A stretch of 64,000 bases of DNA, from the NCBI GenBank assembly GCA_947378785.1, contig CANCLK010000002.1, positions 6,295 to 70,294 on the forward strand. The letters run 5' to 3'. The stretch is from Comamonadaceae bacterium (GTDB lineage Bacteria > Pseudomonadota > Gammaproteobacteria > Burkholderiales > Burkholderiaceae_C). The notes under the pieces are model-generated. The model was given only the letters and a program-made list of their open reading frames with translations, was not told the DNA's origin and did not search any database. The stretch's first letter is position 1; each line of letters begins with the position of its first letter. Below, one piece after another: positions 58,695 through 64,000 of the stretch. Made by a program: the position numbers and the translations under genes.

Positions 58695-60435
58695 AAAAGA
58701 CTTGCTCGCAGCTTTGGCTGCCGGGCTCGAAGAACTCTCCCCCGGTGCCGGCGACAAAGCCGCTTTTGAGTCCCCCAAAGTGGCGGCCCATGGCGACTTG
58801 GCCTGCACCGCTGCCATGCAACTGGCCAAACCCCTCAAGCTCAATCCGCGCCAAGTGGCCGAGAACCTGCGCACCGTGTTGCTGCAGGCGCCGGCTTTTG
58901 AGCGCTGGGTCGATGCGATTGAAATCGCCGGGCCGGGTTTTCTGAACATCCGGCTCAAGCCTGCGGCCAAGCAGGAAACCGTGCGCGAAGTGCTGCGGAC
59001 AGGCACCGCCTACGGCCAGCAGCACCCGGACACCCAGCCGCGCATGATCGTCGAGTTTGTGTCTGCCAACCCGACCGGGCCACTGCACGTCGGCCACGGC
59101 CGGCAAGCCGCGTTGGGTGATGCGATTTGCAATTTGTACGCGACCCAAGGCTGGGACGTTTACCGAGAGTTTTATTACAACGACGCGGGCGTGCAAATCC
59201 ACACGCTCGCCACCAGCACCCAAGCACGCGCCAAAGGCCTCAAGCCCGGTGACGCTCGGTGGCCAGACCCAGCTTACAACGGCGACTACATCGACGACAT
59301 CGCCCGCGATTTCATCGCCCAAAAAACAGTGCGTTCTGACGACCGTGAATACACCGCCTCTGGCGACATCGAAGACCTCGATGCGGTTCGCCAGTTCGCC
59401 GTGGCCTACTTGCGCCACGAGCAGGACCTTGATCTAAAAGCTTTTTCGGTCAGCTTCAACAACTATTACCTCGAGTCCAGTTTGTACAGCTCGGGCAGGG
59501 TCGAAGCAACTGTTGGCAAGCTGAAAGAAGCCGGCAAAACCTATGAGCTGGAGGGTGCGCTGTGGCTCAAGTCGACCGACTATGGTGACGACAAAGACCG
59601 TGTCATGAAAAAGAGTGACGGCAGCTACACCTACTTTGTGCCCGACGTCGCCTACCACCTGGCCAAATGGGAGCGTGGTTACACCCGAGCCATCAACATC
59701 CAGGGCATGGACCACCACGGCACGATTGCCCGCGTGCGCGCTGGTCTGCAAGCGGCGGGTGCCGGCATCCCGGCCAATTATCCCGACTACGTGCTGCACA
59801 CCATGGTGCGCGTGGTGCGTCACGGCGAAGAGGTGAAAATATCCAAACGCGCCGGCAGCTACGTCACGCTGCGCGACCTGATCGAGTGGACCAGCAAGGA
59901 CGCGGTGCGCTTCTTTTTACTGAGCCGAAAACCTGATACCGAATACGTCTTTGACATTGATTTGGCGTTGGCCAAGAACAATGAAAACCCGGTCTACTAC
60001 GTGCAATACGCCCATGCGCGCATTTGCTCAGTGCTGCTCCGGCATGTGGGACTGGACGATGAAGATATCAAAAGCCAGCTACCAAGCGGACAAGACGAGC
60101 AGCAGTTCAGAGCGGAACGTGTGCTGGCGATTGCCGATGAGCTGCGCAGTGTTGATGTCTCGCCACTTGACAGCCCGCAGGCCCAGTCCTTGATGCTGCT
60201 GCTGGCCAAATACCCCGACATGCTGAGCAATGCTGCCAGCGGTTTTGCGCCGCATGATGTGGCGTTTTACCTGCGCGAATTGGCTGCTAATTACCATAGC
60301 TACTACGACGCTGAGCGCATTTTGGTGGATGACGAAGATGTCAAGCTGGCGCGGCTGGCGCTGGTGGCAGCGACGCGGCAGGTGTTGCACAATGGTTTGC
60401 AAGTGTTGGGTGTTAGCGCACCTGCCAAAATGTGA
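58681..60435 (+). CDS. argS: Arginine--tRNA ligase
   Basis: [43 protein letters not shown] end. Confidence 0.98.
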   Translation: MLSIKKDLLAALAAGLEELSPGAGDKAAFESPKVAAHGDLACTAAMQLAKPLKLNPRQVAENLRTVLLQAPAFERWVDAIEIAGPGFLNIRLKPAAKQETVREVLRTGTAYGQQHPDTQPRMIVEFVSANPTGPLHVGHGRQAALGDAICNLYATQGWDVYREFYYNDAGVQIHTLATSTQARAKGLKPGDARWPDPAYNGDYIDDIARDFIAQKTVRSDDREYTASGDIEDLDAVRQFAVAYLRHEQDLDLKAFSVSFNNYYLESSLYSSGRVEATVGKLKEAGKTYELEGALWLKSTDYGDDKDRVMKKSDGSYTYFVPDVAYHLAKWERGYTRAINIQGMDHHGTIARVRAGLQAAGAGIPANYPDYVLHTMVRVVRHGEEVKISKRAGSYVTLRDLIEWTSKDAVRFFLLSRKPDTEYVFDIDLALAKNNENPVYYVQYAHARICSVLLRHVGLDDEDIKSQLPSGQDEQQFRAERVLAIADELRSVDVSPLDSPQAQSLMLLLAKYPDMLSNAASGFAPHDVAFYLRELAANYHSYYDAERILVDDEDVKLARLALVAATRQVLHNGLQVLGVSAPAKM

Positions 60436-60446
60436 AGAAACTGACT

Positions 60447-61064
60447 ATGAAAAAGCAATACGGCGGAACCCTTTTGGGTTTCATCATGGGTGCCCTGATC
60501 GGGCTTGGCGCGGCTTTGGCCGTGGCTGTCTACATCACCAAGGTGCCGATGCCCTTCATGAACAAGACGCCAGCCCGCGCTGCTGAAAACGAAGCGGCTG
60601 AAGCTCAGAAAAATCGTGACTGGGACCCCAATTCAGGGCTTGCGAACAAACCGGGGGTGAAGCCCGCACCCGCCGAAGTGCCCGCTCCGTCAGCAGACCC
60701 ACTGGGCGATCTGGCCAATACCAAATCTGAAGCAGCGGTTCGACCCGCAACACCTGCCACAGCGGCCCCGCTGGCGCTGCCTGCTTTGTCACCCGTTCCA
60801 ACGGCTACGCCTGCCGCCAGCACCGATCCCTTCAACTACTTTGTGCAGGCGGGTGCTTTCCGCACGCCCGAAGATGCCGAGCAGCAACGCGCCAAGCTGG
60901 TGCTGATGGGTTTGCAGCCACGCGTCAGCGAACGTGAGCAGTCAGGTCGCATGGTGTACCGCGTCCGCCTCGGCCCGTTTGATAAAAAAGACGATGCCGA
61001 CAAAGCCAAGGCAAAGCTCGACAGCAGCGGCATCGAAGCTGCGCTGGTACGCGTTCAAAAATAA
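60447..61064 (+). CDS. SPOR domain protein (FtsN-like)
   Basis: N-terminal TM, Pro/Ala linker, YFVQAGAF..YRVRLGPF. Confidence 0.9.
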   Translation: MKKQYGGTLLGFIMGALIGLGAALAVAVYITKVPMPFMNKTPARAAENEAAEAQKNRDWDPNSGLANKPGVKPAPAEVPAPSADPLGDLANTKSEAAVRPATPATAAPLALPALSPVPTATPAASTDPFNYFVQAGAFRTPEDAEQQRAKLVLMGLQPRVSEREQSGRMVYRVRLGPFDKKDDADKAKAKLDSSGIEAALVRVQK

Positions 61065-61087
61065 CCCCCTAGTTCAGGAGTACATCC

Positions 61088-61747
61088 ATGCAAAGACGTG
61101 AATTTTCTCAAGCCGCTTTGTCTGCTGCCACCTTGGCGGGTCTTTCCGTTGCACTGCCGGTGACGACGCAGGCGCAGGGCAAGCCGCCTACAGAGGGCAC
61201 TGATTATTTGTTGCTGGACAAGCCGGCGCCTGTTGACGCCGCCGCTGACAAGGTCGAGGTGGTGGAGTTCTTTTGGTACAGCTGCCCACACTGCAATGTT
61301 TTTGAGCCACAGTTTGACGCATGGGCTAAAAAAGTCGCGAAGGATGTCTCCGTGCGGCGGGTTCCAGTCTCTTTTCGGCCCGATTTCGAACCACAGCAGC
61401 GCCTTTATTACGTGCTTGAGGCCTTGGGCAAAGTCGATGCACTGCACAAAAAGGTGTTCTACGCCATCCATGTTGAAAAGCAGGCTCTCAATACGGCTGA
61501 GCTGGTGGCCGCTTGGGCTGACAAGCAAGGCCTCAACAAAGCCAAATTCACCGAGCTGTACAACTCATTTCCGGTCAACCTGAAAGCCCGCAAGGCCACC
61601 CAGCTGCAAGATGCCTTCAAGGTGGATGGCGTCCCCGCTCTAGGCATTGGAGGCCGTTATTACACATCAGGGTCTCTGGCGGGCACCATGGAGCGTGCGC
61701 TGACGGTCACTGACCACCTGATCATGTTGGCCCGCAAGGGCAAATAA
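61088..61747 (+). CDS. dsbA: Thiol:disulfide interchange protein DsbA
   Basis: EFFWYSCPHC, cis-Pro GVP; RREF twin-arginine-like signal. Confidence 0.94.
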   Translation: MQRREFSQAALSAATLAGLSVALPVTTQAQGKPPTEGTDYLLLDKPAPVDAAADKVEVVEFFWYSCPHCNVFEPQFDAWAKKVAKDVSVRRVPVSFRPDFEPQQRLYYVLEALGKVDALHKKVFYAIHVEKQALNTAELVAAWADKQGLNKAKFTELYNSFPVNLKARKATQLQDAFKVDGVPALGIGGRYYTSGSLAGTMERALTVTDHLIMLARKGK

Positions 61748-61790
61748 GACGCGATCCATGCGGCCCGCAATAGGCCGCTGCAGACCATGC

Positions 61791-61824
61791 AAAGCCGCCT
61801 TGTGCTTGTAACAGGCGGCTTTTT
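61791..61824 (+). terminator. Rho-independent terminator
   Basis: AAAGCCGCCT-N12-AGGCGGCTTTTT after dsbA. Confidence 0.75.
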
Positions 61825-61900
61825 ATCTGGGCAGGACCCTCTCTGGGGCTGTGTGCTGGATACAATCACGCGTTAATACCGCAGCAAGATTCGTGCCCTT

Positions 61901-62569
61901 ATGAACTATATTTCTTCCCTGTTGTTGACGCTGGCCCTGTTGGTGGCATTTCCCGTGGCCGCTGAAAAAGCCGATCGCGACAAACCGATGAACGCCGAGT
62001 CGGATGCGCTGCGCTATGACGACCTCAAGCAGAGCAGTGTTTTTACAGGCAATGTGATCATCACCAAAGGCACCATCTTGGTTCGGGGTGCCCGTGTCGA
62101 TGTGACGCAGGACGCACAGGGTTACCAGCAGGCCGTGGCCATCGCTGAACCCGGGAAACTGGCTTACTACCGCAGTAAGCGAGACGGTGTCGATGAGGTC
62201 ATCGAGGGTGAAGGCGAACGCATTGAATACGACAGCCAGGCTGACAACGTCAAGTTCATCCGGAAGGCGGTGCTGCGTCGTTATGTGGGCGGCAAGTTGG
62301 CCGATGAATCGAATGGTGAACTGATCCGTTACGAGAACACCACCGACGTCTTCACGGTCGATGGCAGTGCTAAGCCCGTTCGAACCGCTTCCAACCCGAG
62401 CGGTCGTGTGCGTGCTTTGCTGGCACCTCGGGCGCCTGCGCCGGCAGCAGCCGGTGCCCCTGGCCCTGCTAGCGGCGCTGTTAAACCGTCTGCCGTGCGT
62501 GCGCCGGGTAGCGCCACGCCATCCCCCAGTCTGCGACCCAGCACCACGCTGGGCGATGAAAAAAATTAA
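61901..62569 (+). CDS. lptA: LPS transport periplasmic protein LptA
   Basis: Signal peptide, [24 protein letters not shown]. Confidence 0.92.
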   Translation: MNYISSLLLTLALLVAFPVAAEKADRDKPMNAESDALRYDDLKQSSVFTGNVIITKGTILVRGARVDVTQDAQGYQQAVAIAEPGKLAYYRSKRDGVDEVIEGEGERIEYDSQADNVKFIRKAVLRRYVGGKLADESNGELIRYENTTDVFTVDGSAKPVRTASNPSGRVRALLAPRAPAPAAAGAPGPASGAVKPSAVRAPGSATPSPSLRPSTTLGDEKN

Positions 62570-62579
62570 GAATCTTCTG

Positions 62580-63350
62580 ATGGACCTGGACCCCACGCAA
62601 GCCCTCACGCCCAGTCGCCTCATCGCGCAGGGTCTGCAAAAATCATACGGTAGCCGCAAGGTCGTCAAGGACGTGTCACTGGCCGTGCAGAGTGGTGAAG
62701 TTGTGGGTCTACTGGGGCCTAACGGTGCCGGCAAGACAACGTCGTTTTACATGATCGTCGGACTGGTGCGTGCTGACGCCGGCCAGATCAGCATCGACGG
62801 ACAGCCGGTCGAGCGCATGCCGATTCACCGCCGCGCCCGACTTGGCCTGAGCTATTTGCCGCAGGAAGCCTCGATATTTCGCAAGCTCACGGTCGAGCAA
62901 AACGTGCGCGCCGTGCTTGAGCTGCAGGTGGACGATGCCGGTAAGCCGCTTGGCGAGGCCGAGATTCGTGAGCGCACCGACAGCCTGCTGCAGGAGCTGC
63001 GGGTAGAGCATTTGCGTGACTCGCCGGCGCCGGCGCTGTCTGGCGGTGAACGTCGTCGCGTCGAAATTGCCCGGGCTCTTGCCACGCAGCCCCGGTTCAT
63101 TTTGCTGGACGAGCCCTTCGCCGGCATTGATCCGATCGCAGTCATTGAAATCCAACGCATCATCGGTTTTTTGAAAGCGCGCGGCATTGGCGTGCTCATC
63201 ACCGACCACAACGTGCGCGAAACACTGGGCATTTGCGATCACGCCTACATCATCAGTGAGGGCCATGTGTTGGCCATGGGGACACCTTCTGAAATTGTGA
63301 ACAACGCTGATGTGCGCCGGGTTTATCTCGGAGAGCACTTCAAGATGTGA
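62580..63350 (+). CDS. lptB: LPS export ABC ATPase LptB (alternative start 62556)
   Basis: [39 protein letters not shown]. Confidence 0.96.
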   Translation: MDLDPTQALTPSRLIAQGLQKSYGSRKVVKDVSLAVQSGEVVGLLGPNGAGKTTSFYMIVGLVRADAGQISIDGQPVERMPIHRRARLGLSYLPQEASIFRKLTVEQNVRAVLELQVDDAGKPLGEAEIRERTDSLLQELRVEHLRDSPAPALSGGERRRVEIARALATQPRFILLDEPFAGIDPIAVIEIQRIIGFLKARGIGVLITDHNVRETLGICDHAYIISEGHVLAMGTPSEIVNNADVRRVYLGEHFKM

Positions 63351-63351
63351 C

Positions 63352-64000
63352 ATGAAGCAAGGCCTGTCACTTCGCGTCTCGCAGCACTTAGCGCTGACGC
63401 CGCAGTTGCAGCAGTCGATTCGTCTGCTGCAACTCTCCACTTTAGAGCTGAGCCAGGAAGTCGAGCAGATGCTCGATGAAAATCCATTTCTCGAAATCAC
63501 GGAAGAAGCGGCAACGCGTGAAGAATTCGGTTTGGCAGAGGCCGACGCCCCAGTCAGCCAAGACATCCGCGACTTCGAATATGCGGCAAGCGAAAGCGCG
63601 GCCGGTAACGCAGACGACAAGGCTTCCATCAGCACGGATGCGGAAAGCAGCGAACCCAAATTGGAAGAAAGCTGGGAGGGTGACGGGACGGTTGAATCGG
63701 CACCTGACGACAGCGAATGGGGCAGCGACGCGCCGGCGCGTAAGAACAACAACGACGACAGCGAAGACGTCGATGCAGCGGAGTTGGCGCGCAGCCAAGA
63801 GTCGCTGCAAGACCATCTGCACCGTCAGTCACTGGGGCTGCGGTTGTCAGATGAGGACCGGGCCGCGCTGCACTTTTTGATCGAATCGCTGAACGACGAT
63901 GGTTACCTTGAGGACACACTGGCGTCGTTGGCAGCGGGGCTGGCGGGTGATGATCTGGAGCAGGCGGAAGAGTTGGAGCAGCACTTCGCCATGGCGCTCA
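63352..64000 (+). CDS. rpoN: RNA polymerase sigma-54 factor (3' end outside window)
   Basis: Hand translation [39 protein letters not shown]; follows lptB. Confidence 0.95.
   Translation, partial: MKQGLSLRVSQHLALTPQLQQSIRLLQLSTLELSQEVEQMLDENPFLEITEEAATREEFGLAEADAPVSQDIRDFEYAASESAAGNADDKASISTDAESSEPKLEESWEGDGTVESAPDDSEWGSDAPARKNNNDDSEDVDAAELARSQESLQDHLHRQSLGLRLSDEDRAALHFLIESLNDDGYLEDTLASLAAGLAGDDLEQAEELEQHFAMAL

Noticed and set aside
1-64000. CRISPR array, tRNA, rRNA, transposase, integrase or phage genes
   Set aside because: No regularly spaced repeats, cloverleaf or rRNA motifs, or recombinase signatures seen; intergenic gaps are short

Overview
This window is a gene-dense, GC-rich bacterial chromosome segment. 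Gene content (orphan Bug/TctC receptors, PhaM, rsmI-yraN-SIS-BON, yggS/pilT, argS-SPOR-dsbA-lptA-lptB-rpoN) points to Burkholderiales, probably Comamonadaceae (inference). I see no rRNA, tRNA, CRISPR array, transposase or integrase. Four accessory blocks sit among housekeeping genes. (1) At 1-13 kb, an unassigned catabolic cluster: four Bug receptors, an internally duplicated VOC protein with atypical ligands, a Ser hydrolase, a DHDPS-fold lyase with a rewired active site, an Ldh_2 dehydrogenase, GlcG, a beta-hydroxyacid dehydrogenase and two exported hydrolases. (2) At 32.7-41.3 kb, a CTAG-rich islet: lone Mo-hydroxylase large subunit, amidase, Liv-type ABC importer and a cupin. (3) At 48-55 kb, a TetR/TRAP/quinate-shikimate cluster. 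(4) At 56.3-58.7 kb, an unfused glucosylglycerol phosphatase + synthase cassette between lysR and argS; its synthase has a 1-nt frameshift followed by two in-phase A_AAA_AAG sites. Smaller signals are an unannotated 24-codon ORF coupled to a lone modA-like gene, two copies of a long palindromic repeat, a DiaA-like GmhA homolog, an insertion in ArgS and several leaderless-type promoters. All calls come from motif recognition; no searches were run.
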